A DNA stretch of 64,000 nt, from the NCBI GenBank assembly GCA_009691145.1, contig SHVG01000001.1, positions 13,308-77,307 on the forward strand. Reading direction: 5' to 3'. A program made the translations under genes and the position numbers. The DNA comes from Candidatus Planktophila sp. (GTDB lineage Bacteria; Actinomycetota; Actinomycetes; Nanopelagicales; Nanopelagicaceae). A model generated the notes under the pieces. That model made no database searches and was not told where the DNA came from. It saw only the letters and a program-made list of their open reading frames with translations. Below are positions 10,054-20,548 of this stretch, piece after piece (the stretch's first letter is position 1; each line of letters begins with the position of its first letter).

Positions 10054-10092
10054 CGATGGGGCCTCTCGCACTTCATAGCTGAATCAATCCTC

Positions 10093-10728
10093 CTATCGTA
10101 GAGGTTGGGCCAGACAAGCGGTAACCGAGGCAATAACGTGAAAGCCCTGACTTGTAAGGGCTCTAGCGGCCTCGCCTAAGGTGGCACCGGTCGTAACTAC
10201 ATCGTCGATGAGTATGAGATCCCCGCGTGGGTATGCACCGCACTTGAGAGCAAACGCGCCCTGCATATTGCGGGCACGTGCAGATGCATGTAACCCACTC
10301 TGATCACGAACTTTTCGTACGAGCTCGAGCGAATCAGCAACGGGGTAGCCCGTGCGCAGCGAAACACTGCTGGAGATGTCAACGATGAAACTACGTCCTC
10401 GCCGGCGACGAGCAGAGTGCGAGGATGGAATAGGCACTAATCGAATATTGTGCCTGTCAAAACTTCCTTGCGATAAAACATGCACGATTGCATCGACGAT
10501 TAAAGTATCGGCGCCTTTTAAGCCATTCTCTTTTGCAGCCAGAAGAATCTTGCTAGCAGTTGCTGAATACAGTACCGCTGAATGAACGCGTAACTGCGAA
10601 AGATGTCTCGAGTAATAATGAGGGTGCCATTCGCGCCGACATGAAGAGCAGATTGATAATCCAATTTCATTACAGCCAAAGCATCGGGTAGGAAAGAGAA
10701 GTTGACTTAACGCTTCGATTGCAGACAT
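10093..10728 (-). CDS. comF: ComF-family phosphoribosyltransferase-like protein
   Basis: N-terminal CFGC/CSSC, RRRRG and LILIDDVVTTGATL PRT motif. Confidence 0.9.
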   Translation of the reverse strand: MSAIEALSQLLFPTRCFGCNEIGLSICSSCRREWHPHYYSRHLSQLRVHSAVLYSATASKILLAAKENGLKGADTLIVDAIVHVLSQGSFDRHNIRLVPIPSSHSARRRRGRSFIVDISSSVSLRTGYPVADSLELVRKVRDQSGLHASARARNMQGAFALKCGAYPRGDLILIDDVVTTGATLGEAARALTSQGFHVIASVTACLAQPLR

Positions 10729-10776
10729 TGAACAAGGCTAGGAGGGGCAAGCAAAGTGCAAATCTACTTGTGGAAA

Positions 10777-12327
10777 CTATTCGTGGAAATCATCGGGCTG
10801 CAGTTTTATCAAACGGGCTGTGATGCCTGCCCATGCCTGGCGCGGAAGTGTCAGGACAAAGTGCGCACCTTTATCGGGTCTGCCCCATGCTTCGAGTTCG
10901 CCATTATGCAAACGTGCATCTTCGAGTGCAATGGAGAGTCCTAGACCCGTGCCACCGCGTGTACGTGCACGTGAAGGATCGGCGCGCCAGAATCGATCAA
11001 AGACTCGACTCAAGGTTGATTCATCAAGACCAATGCCATAGTCACGGACTCCTATCGCTACATCGTCATCACTTGCAATAATCGTGATTGCAATTGGTTT
11101 TTCCTCGGCGTGCTCGATTGCATTGGAAAATATGTTGCGCAAAATACGCTCAACTCGACGTATATCGGCCTTAATGGTGATGGTTTCTGCAATTGAATAT
11201 ATCCGCAGCTCAGTAGAGCGCTCTTTAGCTACAAGGGCTAAATCTTCGGCGCAGCGATTGGCGAGTGCAACAAGATCGAAGTCAACGGCTTCGAGCACTG
11301 CCACCTCGGCATCAAAGCGGCTAATTTCAAGTAAATCTTCAAGCAGGCGCTCAAATCGATCGAGCTGAGCGACCATGAGCTCGGCGCTGCGAGCAACGAT
11401 GGGATCAAAACCATCGTGTGCAGAGTTAATGACCTCTGATGCCATGCGCAAAGTTGTCAGCGGGGTGCGTAGTTCATGTGAGACATCGGATACAAATCGC
11501 TGCTGCACACGCGAGAGGTTTTCAAGTCTGGCAATCTGTTTTTCAAGAGACTCGGCCATCTCGTTAAATGCATTGCCTAGCGTTGATATTTCATCCTCAG
11601 AGCGCACATTCATGCGCTCTGAAAAATTGCCGGCAGTGAACTGCGTTGCAATTGAGGCCGCTTCACGGACAGGACGGACTACCTGCCTCACCACTAGCCA
11701 GGTAATTAACCCAATTAGAATAATTAAGAAAAGACCTGTCAGGAATAGGTAGCTTTCAATGAGGCTAAGGGTTGTATTTTGATTGACGAGTGAGTAGAGA
11801 ATATACATCTCATACTGTCCAGCGTTAGGGATTTGTACTTTTTGACCGACCGCTAACCCAGCGATACGTGGGCCCTTGACATACTTAATCGTCATATAAC
11901 TAATGGCAATATCACCGCTTTTGCGTACCTTCTTGCTTAGAAACTCTGGGATTGATTTAGGGTCCACTAAGTTCGATGTAATTTCATAATTGAGTTTTCT
12001 AGAGTTTCCAGGGCTTTTCAAAAATACAACTTCTCGTGCATTTTCATTTGTTGTCAATGACGTTGCAGAGGCGATTACGTCATCGATTACTTTTCTTACG
12101 GCGGCATCTTTTTCACCCTGTGCTAAAGCAAGTCGGTACTTGGCACTAAAGATCGTAGAGCGCGCTTCAACGATCGATGATTGGAGATTTACCTTCTTAA
12201 TGCCTGCAGATAACTGAGAATTAAGCGCTGATCCGGCGACAGAGATGACACCTATGCACAGTACTAGCGTTGAAATAATTACTTTAGGCGCTAGTGACTT
12301 ACGAAATACAAAAAAGAGACGGCCCAT
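10777..12327 (-). CDS. mtrB: Sensor histidine kinase MtrB
   Basis: Two TMs, HAMP, QRFVSDVSHELRTPLTT and FWRADPSRARTRGGTGLGL. Confidence 0.95.
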   Translation of the reverse strand: MGRLFFVFRKSLAPKVIISTLVLCIGVISVAGSALNSQLSAGIKKVNLQSSIVEARSTIFSAKYRLALAQGEKDAAVRKVIDDVIASATSLTTNENAREVVFLKSPGNSRKLNYEITSNLVDPKSIPEFLSKKVRKSGDIAISYMTIKYVKGPRIAGLAVGQKVQIPNAGQYEMYILYSLVNQNTTLSLIESYLFLTGLFLIILIGLITWLVVRQVVRPVREAASIATQFTAGNFSERMNVRSEDEISTLGNAFNEMAESLEKQIARLENLSRVQQRFVSDVSHELRTPLTTLRMASEVINSAHDGFDPIVARSAELMVAQLDRFERLLEDLLEISRFDAEVAVLEAVDFDLVALANRCAEDLALVAKERSTELRIYSIAETITIKADIRRVERILRNIFSNAIEHAEEKPIAITIIASDDDVAIGVRDYGIGLDESTLSRVFDRFWRADPSRARTRGGTGLGLSIALEDARLHNGELEAWGRPDKGAHFVLTLPRQAWAGITARLIKLQPDDFHE

Positions 12328-12330
12328 AAG

Positions 12331-13017
12331 TTACGAACCGCCCATCACTCCAGCTTTATATCCAACACCACGCACAGTTACGACGATCTCTGGTCGCTCT
12401 GCATCGTGCTCAATCTTGGCACGCAACCTCTGCACGTGGACATTGACTAAGCGTGTATCGGTTGAGTGGCGATATCCCCATACTTCACTGAGGAGGGCAT
12501 CGCGTGAGAAGACTCGTCCAGGCTCTTTTGCAAGGGCTACCAATAAATCAAACTCAAGGCGCGTAAGGGCGATCTGTTTTCCTGCGCGTATAACTTGGTG
12601 GGCGGCGACATCGATTGCTAGATCTGCGATAGTGACCAGACCTAAGATCTCGGTATTCGTGCGTCGCAGACGGGTACGAATTCGCGCAACAAGTTCGGAT
12701 GGATGTTTAAAGGGTTTGACCATGTAATCATCGGCGCCGGCTTCAAGGCCACGCACAACATCATGTGAATCTCCCTTAGCGCTGAGCATGATTATTGGCA
12801 CCATAGATTCGGCACGGATTAATCGACAGACTTCGACTCCATCGAGTCCTGGCAACATGACATCGAGCAGAACTAAATCTGGTGGGTTATTTCGGAAAAC
12901 ATCGAGAGCTTCATCTCCGCGACTTACAAGGTCGACGTCGATTCCTGCTCCGGTTAAAACAATTCCGAGCATCTCTGATAGGTCTTGGTCATCATCGACG
13001 ACCATAACCAAGGTCAT
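12331..13017 (-). CDS. mtrA: Response regulator MtrA
   Basis: LLDVMLPG receiver and VWGYRHSTDTRLVNVHVQRLRAKIE. Confidence 0.96.
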   Translation of the reverse strand: MTLVMVVDDDQDLSEMLGIVLTGAGIDVDLVSRGDEALDVFRNNPPDLVLLDVMLPGLDGVEVCRLIRAESMVPIIMLSAKGDSHDVVRGLEAGADDYMVKPFKHPSELVARIRTRLRRTNTEILGLVTIADLAIDVAAHQVIRAGKQIALTRLEFDLLVALAKEPGRVFSRDALLSEVWGYRHSTDTRLVNVHVQRLRAKIEHDAERPEIVVTVRGVGYKAGVMGGS

Positions 13018-14303
13018 TAGCTACCGTGCTCCCAAGAGTTCAAGTACATATCTTGTGCAGGTGTAAGGACATCGATATGTCCGCCCATGCTGAGCAGCTT
13101 CAGGCTTGCAACTTCCTTATCGATATACGTTGGTACATCGTGGACACCAGGCTTTAAATTCTTGGCCTCTTTGACTAAGTACTCAGCTGTTAGCGCTTGA
13201 TCTGAGAACGACATATCCATAACAGATGCTGGGTGGCCCTCGGCAGCGCCCAAGTTCACTAAACGGCCCTCTGCAAGAAGTAGCAAGCGTCGGCCATCGG
13301 CCAAGACGTACTCATCTGTTTGATGGCGCATCTTTGCGTTCTTAGCCTTTGAGTTCTGCTCAAGCCATGCAACATCGATTTCAATATCAAAGTGACCGGA
13401 GTTGGCCATGATTGCGCCATCCTTCATCACTTGGAAATGCTCTTTACGAAGCACGTCACGGTTACCGGTCACTGTAATAAATACATCGCCTATCTTTGCC
13501 GCATCGATCATCGGCATGACACGGAAGCCCTGCATCATTGCATCGAGTGCCTTAGTTGGATCGATCTCAGTGACGATGACATCGGCGCCCATTCCCTTCG
13601 CGCGCTCTGCAACACCCTTGCCGCAATATCCAAAGCCAGCGACAACCAAGATGCGCCCTGCAAGTAAAAAGTTAGTTGAACGAAAGACAGCATCGAGTGT
13701 TGATTGGCCGGTTCCGTAGCGGTTATCAAACATATGCTTTGTATCTGTATCGTTAACTGCGATCATCGGGAACTGCAGTGCCCCATCTTTAGCCATCTGA
13801 TTAAGGCGAATAACACCTGTAGTTGTTTCCTCACAGCCACCAGCGATATTTGCAATTAACTCTTTGCGGGTTGTGTGAAGTGTGTTAACGAGGTCGCAGC
13901 CATCGTCGAATACTTGGTGGGGTGCGATATCAAGGGCTGCATTAATATGTGTGTAGTACCCATCGCGATCAACGGCGTTACGGGCAAATACAGAGATTCC
14001 ATATTCGTGGACAAGGGCGGCAGCGGTGTCATCCTGAGTTGAGAGTGGATTTGAGGCACACAGTGCGATATCAGCGCCTCCTGCCTTTAGAACGCGCATA
14101 AGGTTTGCTGTCTCTGTTGTGACGTGCATGCATGCAGCGATTCGAACGCCAGCAAATGGCTGTGACTTTTCAAAGCGCGCACGGATCTGCGCTAGGACTG
14201 GCATATTGCGCTCTGCCCACTCGATGCGCTTTCGACCTTGAGATGCAAGAGATGCATCGGCGATGTCATGGCGTGGAAGAGTTGCTGTAACTGGTGAGTT
14301 CAC
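13017..14303 (-). CDS. ahcY: Adenosylhomocysteinase (SAH hydrolase)
   Basis: ASNPLSTQD, EETTTGV, KHMFDNRYGTGQS and EGRLVNLGAAEGHP. Confidence 0.97.
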   Translation of the reverse strand: MNSPVTATLPRHDIADASLASQGRKRIEWAERNMPVLAQIRARFEKSQPFAGVRIAACMHVTTETANLMRVLKAGGADIALCASNPLSTQDDTAAALVHEYGISVFARNAVDRDGYYTHINAALDIAPHQVFDDGCDLVNTLHTTRKELIANIAGGCEETTTGVIRLNQMAKDGALQFPMIAVNDTDTKHMFDNRYGTGQSTLDAVFRSTNFLLAGRILVVAGFGYCGKGVAERAKGMGADVIVTEIDPTKALDAMMQGFRVMPMIDAAKIGDVFITVTGNRDVLRKEHFQVMKDGAIMANSGHFDIEIDVAWLEQNSKAKNAKMRHQTDEYVLADGRRLLLLAEGRLVNLGAAEGHPASVMDMSFSDQALTAEYLVKEAKNLKPGVHDVPTYIDKEVASLKLLSMGGHIDVLTPAQDMYLNSWEHGS

Positions 14304-14382
14304 GAAAAGCTCCTTATGTGGTCGAATCTGTAGGTGCTTAGGTTACTGCTATGTCGGTTAAAGCGAGTACTAAGGCGCTGGG

Positions 14383-15741
14383 CTAGCCGCGAATCAACGC
14401 GAGAACTTCATCACGTAGCTTGTTCATAGCCGCGGCCTTCTTAGCCTCAACGTTAAGGCGCAATAGGGGCTCTGTATTAGATGGCCGCAGATTGAACCAC
14501 CATGTATCACCAATGACACTGAGACCATCGAGGTGGTCGACCTCAACTGCCTTGCGAGCCGAGAAGGTTTTCTCAACGAGAGCGGTCGCTGCCTGTGCAT
14601 CTTTTACCGTTAAGTTTATCTCTCCACTTGATACATAGCGCTGATACGGTGCCAAAATCTGCGACATCGATTTCTTTGATTCACCAAGGGCGGCGATCGC
14701 ATGAAGGGCGGCTAGTGCTCCGGAGTCGGCGCGCCAGAACTCATTAAAGTAAAAGTGGCCTGAGTGCTCACCGCCGAAGATCGCTCCACTCTCGGCCATC
14801 ATCGCTTTAATATAGGAGTGCCCAACGCGGCTGCGCAATCCAGTTCCGCCATTTTCTTGAATTACCTCAAGGACTGCGCGCGATGAGATTAAGTTATAGA
14901 TAATCCTTGATCCAGGATGCTTCACTAATTCGCGGTGGGCTATTAAAGATGTGAGATCCGATGGGTTAATCACGAGGCCATTTTCATCAACAAGAAAACA
15001 TCGATCGGCATCACCATCAAAGGCCAGACCTAAATCGGCTTTGTGTTTCTTTACCGCGCGTTGCAGATCGCGCAGATTATCTGGATCTATGGGATTGGCC
15101 TCGTGATTAGGAAAGCTTCCGTCGAGCTCGTAATACATGGGAATTACAGTGCAGTTAAGGCGAGCGAAAATTGCCGGGGCGGTATGCCCAGCCATTCCAT
15201 TTCCAGCATCGATTACAAGAGTCAGCGGGCGGATTGAATCGAGATTAACAAGGCTTAATAGGTGATCTACGTACTCTTCGAGCATGTCCCGCTTTTTTTC
15301 AACACCCACTGAGCGAATTTCAAGTGGTGAGCCTTGGCGAACAAAGTTTTCAATTACCCCAAGGCCAGACTCTTTGCCTATTGGGCGAGCGCTACTCAAA
15401 CATAGTTTTATACCGTTATAAGCGGCAGGGTTATGGCTTGCAGTAAACATTGCACCCGGTAGTCCGAGTTTTCCAGAGGCAAAGTACAACATATCTGTTG
15501 ATGCTAATCCGATGCGGATTACATCAAGGCCTGTAGATGTAACTCCGGCAGAGAAGGCATCGGCTAACGCCGGCGATGATGGACGCATATCTTGAGCTAC
15601 GACCACGGTTGCGGGTTCGCGCTCTTGTTGTAAGAAGCGCGCAAAAGCTAAGCCAGTTACAAATGTAAAATCAGGTGTTATCTCAGAGTCAACGAGTCCA
15701 CGAATATCGTAGGCCTTAAAAATATTCGGGGTTTGGTTCAT
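14383..15741 (-). CDS. manB: Phosphomannomutase/phosphoglucomutase
   Basis: FKAYDIRG, TASHNP, FDGDADR, GGEHSGH and RPSNTEP. Confidence 0.95.
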   Translation of the reverse strand: MNQTPNIFKAYDIRGLVDSEITPDFTFVTGLAFARFLQQEREPATVVVAQDMRPSSPALADAFSAGVTSTGLDVIRIGLASTDMLYFASGKLGLPGAMFTASHNPAAYNGIKLCLSSARPIGKESGLGVIENFVRQGSPLEIRSVGVEKKRDMLEEYVDHLLSLVNLDSIRPLTLVIDAGNGMAGHTAPAIFARLNCTVIPMYYELDGSFPNHEANPIDPDNLRDLQRAVKKHKADLGLAFDGDADRCFLVDENGLVINPSDLTSLIAHRELVKHPGSRIIYNLISSRAVLEVIQENGGTGLRSRVGHSYIKAMMAESGAIFGGEHSGHFYFNEFWRADSGALAALHAIAALGESKKSMSQILAPYQRYVSSGEINLTVKDAQAATALVEKTFSARKAVEVDHLDGLSVIGDTWWFNLRPSNTEPLLRLNVEAKKAAAMNKLRDEVLALIRG

Positions 15742-15750
15742 GTAAAGCTC

Positions 15751-16128
15751 TTACGATGGAACGGCGCGAAGATGACCTCTACGACCGATCTGAGTGTGCG
15801 AACTATCGTTATTCATATTTTCTTGAGCATTCGGAGTGCTAGGTGGCATGGCAACTTCTCGCACCGCATCGGCGATAGCCATAAGGTCATCATCAGAGGG
15901 TCCTTGTTCGGCGCCTGATGGCTCCTGCTTAATAACGCTCCACCCATGTGGCACCTTTAATCTTTCGCCATGCATGAGACATAAGTCGTAGGCATGTGGT
16001 TCGCTAAAAGTTGCAAGCGGTCCAACCACGGCCATTGATTCGGCGTAGATATAAGTCAGGGTCATTGTCGCAATAGAGCGACAGCCCACACGAGAACAGC
16101 CGCGCCCTAGCTTGGCCTGTGAACTCAT
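15751..16128 (-). CDS. DUF3499-family protein
   Basis: CSRVGC...TLTYIY...GPL...EPHAYDLC..H, DDLMAIADAVRE and RRGHLR. Confidence 0.88.
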   Translation of the reverse strand: MSSQAKLGRGCSRVGCRSIATMTLTYIYAESMAVVGPLATFSEPHAYDLCLMHGERLKVPHGWSVIKQEPSGAEQGPSDDDLMAIADAVREVAMPPSTPNAQENMNNDSSHTQIGRRGHLRAVPS

Positions 16129-16169
16129 ACCTGCAAGATTAGTGGGCAGTTAGCCTTTTTTTGGGATTG

Positions 16170-17474
16170 TCATGGATTTAAAACTCTAATGTTTGAATGC
16201 GGAATTTCTACCCGCGTCAAAAGGCTTCCTGGAGTAATCGGTAGATATCCATAACCGTTCTCGGATGCAATCAGTGCGCCGGCAAATGTGTCGGCACTGG
16301 TTTTAATAATAGAGATAGAGCGTGCAGCATTTGGTACACGCCATGTCGCGATATCACTGCCCTTTATCGTGGCTAGAGACTTCTTCCCGTTGACGTAAAC
16401 CACCTCGACCTTGACTGCAATTGAATCTGAGGCAAAGGCGATGAGCGGTGCAAGGCCCGTGATGGCCATAGTCATCGGGACAAGGGCCGGTGTTGGAGAG
16501 CTCCAGACAAAGTCTTTGCGCCCCTTAATGGTGACATGTGATGAGATCGCAGCCACTATCGGCTCATCGGATTTAATCCGCACGGCAAAGACGTTAGCTG
16601 AGATCTTGGGCGATAGTGATAGTTCGGTCACGATACCGGCTGAGATACTCCGTGAGTTAAAGCCGACGGGCACAAAGCTTCCATCGGCCGATAAGAGTTC
16701 GAGGGTGAAGTTGGCATCGCCATCTGATGGCGTCAAGATTCGCAGCGTATGTGTGCCGCCCGACTTTTGCCCTTTCTTAGGAAGTTGATTTGGAATCGCT
16801 GGAATCACAAGAGTTGTTGCAGCCGATGTAATTGGATTAACAAAGTCCCCGCCCAATGCTTTAAGTCCGGCGCCGAGTTCATCGATCATAAAAGCATTGA
16901 CTCGACCTGAACGAGGAAGCACGTGAACTATCAATGATTTATCTCCCGTAGCTAATGAATCTAACCTCAGTGCCTTATAACTCTTGGCTTTAAGGTCAAG
17001 TGAAATCAACGGCTGTTTCCCATTTTCTGAGTAGGCCTGTACGTCGACAATCGCCTCGCTTAATCCACTATTGATGATAATTAATCGTCCGCGAGTTGTT
17101 ACATCTGAACTTCCACCAACAAACCATTGCGATGAGGCAGGACCCGAACAGATTGCACCGCCGGCCCAACTACCTGCACGACTCTGCCAGATAACCGGTG
17201 TTACGCCGGTCGCCGATATTACAAGTGAGTCTTTAGCCACTGGATATCGAAGGTCGTTAAATGGAATTGTTTTTGTACTTCGATTCTCAAGGCGTTGAAA
17301 CTGTGTCTTGCGCGATGAGACCGAGATCTGAGATGAGAGACCGCGCAATGTTGGTGGACAAACAACTGCTGGATAAGACTCTGAAAAAACCGAACTACTA
17401 GTCGTCACAGTTAAGAGAGTTGCCAGCGTAAATGAGAGTGCAAGGGCGATGAGGGCCGATATTGCGCGCTTCAT
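16170..17474 (-). CDS. Secreted/membrane-anchored protein (DUF5719-like)
   Basis: N-terminal signal or TM, VVCP, C..P...QWFVGG, beta-rich body; conserved position after the large GT2. Confidence 0.7.
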   Translation of the reverse strand: MKRAISALIALALSFTLATLLTVTTSSSVFSESYPAVVCPPTLRGLSSQISVSSRKTQFQRLENRSTKTIPFNDLRYPVAKDSLVISATGVTPVIWQSRAGSWAGGAICSGPASSQWFVGGSSDVTTRGRLIIINSGLSEAIVDVQAYSENGKQPLISLDLKAKSYKALRLDSLATGDKSLIVHVLPRSGRVNAFMIDELGAGLKALGGDFVNPITSAATTLVIPAIPNQLPKKGQKSGGTHTLRILTPSDGDANFTLELLSADGSFVPVGFNSRSISAGIVTELSLSPKISANVFAVRIKSDEPIVAAISSHVTIKGRKDFVWSSPTPALVPMTMAITGLAPLIAFASDSIAVKVEVVYVNGKKSLATIKGSDIATWRVPNAARSISIIKTSADTFAGALIASENGYGYLPITPGSLLTRVEIPHSNIRVLNP

Positions 17475-20400
17475 GCAAGCTCCTTTTCGGAGATTTCACG
17501 TTTGCGACGTCCAGCCGGTGCAGCGAGCACGATTACAAAGATCCAGGCGATGATTTCAAAAGAGAGCCAGGTTCGACGAATAGTTCCGTCATGAATGAGT
17601 GAGATCTCACCAGATTCAGTAGCGATGAAAAGCGGTAGCCCTTGCTCGCTCTTAAGGCGATCAAGTCGGTAACCATTTTCAAATATCTGCCACGAGCGAT
17701 CAAAACTCTCAGTAAGTAAAATCCTGCCAGGGTGGCCAACCGTTGTGCGTGCACCGACTTCTCCAGTCTCAAGAAGTTCTCGTAGGCCATCCTCGCCCAC
17801 AAGTATTAATCGCCCAGTGACTCCTGCAACACGCCAGACAACCCCGGCCGATGTCGCAGATGTACGGGTAAAGCCTCCAAGGCCATCGATCGTACGAATG
17901 ATGTTTCGATCGAAGGGTGCTTTAACAAATACATATTTGATTCCGAAATCTGCAAATGTCTTGCTGCTCGATATTCCAGAGCCATCGATGAGTGCTTGAG
18001 CTGCCACTGCAATCTGCGTAGTTTGTCGTGGGGCGACGTCGGGCTCGCCTAGTGCAATGTCTTTGCCGCGCGAAATATAATATTGAATACTCTTGGTGCC
18101 AACACTGCCAACTTCGCGTAGCACCAGTGTCTTTGTATCTTTCTCAAGGCTCAAAAATGCAGGCATCACGGTAGACCTACTGCTTTGTACCGGCGAGGTT
18201 GCACCAGCGGTAACCGACCAACCTAAGGTCAGTATCGAATACAGCGCAGTAACGAAAAGTAAGAGCGCTGCTAAGATATGTCGAAAGTGAATATTGCTTG
18301 AAACTAAGACGGCCCTTAAGCGATCTAGGATTACTACTCCTGCCGCACTTGCAGCCATTGTTGCTCCTATTAAAAACGTACCCGTCCACACTCTTACGCG
18401 TGCTGAGTCCCCATGGGCTGTAGTTGAGATGGAAGAGAAGAGAACAGCTGCCGATAAGAAGCCGGTGCCGTACAACGCGATAACTTTGGCGCTGCTGGAG
18501 GAAAATAGTGCGATTATTAAAATTAGGAGCATCGGACTAATGAGCCACCACGGGAGTGAGCCAACTCCACCTGGATTTCCGAGAATAACAAGATGTGCGC
18601 CGCCACCCGGCAGAGATAGACCAGGCTCACTCAAGAATCGAGAGGGTGTGATGAGGGCTTCAAATGAGTATGGTGCGCTAAGGATGAAGGGTGCTATGAG
18701 AAGTACCCCCCGCTTATAAAGGCGCTCTAAGAACAATGACTTGTCTGTGCCCTGTGAAAACTCTTGATAATCGCCAAAGAGTGCAAAGGCCACAAATCCA
18801 AAGAGGATTATGAAGGCTACAAGCGTGAATGCGTACAGCAGTGCAAAGATTAAAGTGAGAGTGAAAATCTGGCGCCATGCATGTAGTTCGATTTTCTTCC
18901 AGTGTGTGAGAAGGATCGGGATCTGCGGGGCAACTATAAGAGTGAGAACCGTTGCTAAGCGGCCAGAGTTAATGGCCGCGATTGCAACCGGTGAAATCGC
19001 ATAGATAAAGCTAGCGGGCACACTAATCCAGGCGTTCTGTGTGAGTTTTCTAAAGAGGGTCAGTATCGACCACATCATCGCAAGTGGAGCAGTTAGGAAG
19101 AAGAGGGTGAGCAAGAGCGGAGCCTTTCCAAAGAGAAGGCTGGCACCTATGGCCAAGAGTGCGATCCAAGGAGGAGAGGCGTGTGAGCTACCCATTCCAA
19201 CTTGGTGCCATGACTCAAAATAGCTACGCCACAAATCACGAGCACCGCTAGGAGATGCAGGTAGGGCACCACCAATTAATGATCCCAGGCGCATCCGTGA
19301 TGCAATCAGTGTTATCACTGCTAAAAATATAAATCCCACAACCTCTGGCTTGCGAAATATATTAAACCATCGCACACCCTTTTTAGGTACCAGTAAATCT
19401 TCATCTTCAACTGAATCAAGAATCGATTGTGATTGCCCGCCGCCATCTGGAAGCAATCCTGAACGTAGTGATTCGGTGAGCCGCGATGTTGAAAGTCGCA
19501 GCTGCGACCATCGTGGAGGAATATATGCAGCGACAATTCGAGATGAAACGAATCGATGCGCCTTACGATCTTTGCGTGCCTTGAAAATCAGACCTGGTTT
19601 AATGAGTAGGGTAACAACTGCCAAAAACTCATCACTTGCATACCCAGGAAGTTTTGCTAACAAGTAGCCGATTGCCCGCGCAATCGCTGAGCCAAGTAGT
19701 TGGATCGAGAGCCATGGGATCATCCACCACGATGAGTTTGCAAGAAGAACGTATGCAGCGTTGCGACGATCGAGCAACAGTGGGCGTTGTAAAAAAGCGC
19801 CCTCAACATCTACAGTGCGCCGTTCAGTTGCCGATGCTTGCGCGTGAAAAACAATGGCAGAAGTAGCTGCGATTACCGAGTGGCCGGCAACGCGTGCCCG
19901 CCAACCAAAATCTACGTCATCGCGGAAGAGCGCTAGGTTTTTATCAAAGCCTCCAAGCTCTTCAAAGATATCTCGTCGAATTAATGCACCCGCTGTGCTC
20001 ACTGAGAGCACATCGTGGATCCCGTCATGTTGGCCTTGATCGTATTCCAGTGGCTCTAATCCAGTCCATCGTGCTCCGTTGCCAGCGATACTAACTCCGG
20101 CTTCAAGTAAGTGTGTGCGATCATGCCACCCTAGAAGTTTCGGACCAACCATTGCAACTTGCGGGCGATCATCGATTGCAGTTAATAAAAACTCAAGCGC
20201 GGTCGGTGCCGGTGCACAGTCGTCATGAATCAACCAAATCCACTCAACGGTATCGGCGTGCGCATCTGCCAAAGATTCAACGCCAACTGCAACTGCTTGT
20301 CCAAAACCACAGCTACGCGCTGCATTTATAATTGGAATTCGCGCAGATTTTAATAACTGCAGTGATGCATCTTTAGAATCCGTATCTACTGCAACAACAT

Positions 20401-20521
20401 AATCAATTGGACGAGTTTGGGATGTAAGGGCGGCAACGGTTTCAGGTAGCCAAGTGTGTCCATCATGTGTAACGATGATCGCGCTGACGCGATGTCTATC
20501 TAACGCGGCTTGTGCAGCCAT
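17471..20521 (-). CDS. Large glycosyltransferase family 2 protein with multi-TM C-terminal region
   Basis: VSAIIVTHDG, WLIHDD and DDVDFGWR GT2 motifs, followed by many hydrophobic helices. Confidence 0.9.
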   Translation of the reverse strand: MAAQAALDRHRVSAIIVTHDGHTWLPETVAALTSQTRPIDYVVAVDTDSKDASLQLLKSARIPIINAARSCGFGQAVAVGVESLADAHADTVEWIWLIHDDCAPAPTALEFLLTAIDDRPQVAMVGPKLLGWHDRTHLLEAGVSIAGNGARWTGLEPLEYDQGQHDGIHDVLSVSTAGALIRRDIFEELGGFDKNLALFRDDVDFGWRARVAGHSVIAATSAIVFHAQASATERRTVDVEGAFLQRPLLLDRRNAAYVLLANSSWWMIPWLSIQLLGSAIARAIGYLLAKLPGYASDEFLAVVTLLIKPGLIFKARKDRKAHRFVSSRIVAAYIPPRWSQLRLSTSRLTESLRSGLLPDGGGQSQSILDSVEDEDLLVPKKGVRWFNIFRKPEVVGFIFLAVITLIASRMRLGSLIGGALPASPSGARDLWRSYFESWHQVGMGSSHASPPWIALLAIGASLLFGKAPLLLTLFFLTAPLAMMWSILTLFRKLTQNAWISVPASFIYAISPVAIAAINSGRLATVLTLIVAPQIPILLTHWKKIELHAWRQIFTLTLIFALLYAFTLVAFIILFGFVAFALFGDYQEFSQGTDKSLFLERLYKRGVLLIAPFILSAPYSFEALITPSRFLSEPGLSLPGGGAHLVILGNPGGVGSLPWWLISPMLLILIIALFSSSSAKVIALYGTGFLSAAVLFSSISTTAHGDSARVRVWTGTFLIGATMAASAAGVVILDRLRAVLVSSNIHFRHILAALLLFVTALYSILTLGWSVTAGATSPVQSSRSTVMPAFLSLEKDTKTLVLREVGSVGTKSIQYYISRGKDIALGEPDVAPRQTTQIAVAAQALIDGSGISSSKTFADFGIKYVFVKAPFDRNIIRTIDGLGGFTRTSATSAGVVWRVAGVTGRLILVGEDGLRELLETGEVGARTTVGHPGRILLTESFDRSWQIFENGYRLDRLKSEQGLPLFIATESGEISLIHDGTIRRTWLSFEIIAWIFVIVLAAPAGRRKREISEKELA

Positions 20522-20548
20522 AGTTCTAACCTTTGAAAGGCTGCGAAC

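Noticed and set aside
14304-14382. SAH or SAM riboswitch upstream of ahcY
   Set aside because: The 79-bp gap shows an SD but none of the conserved riboswitch elements I could recognise. A covariance-model search would settle it.
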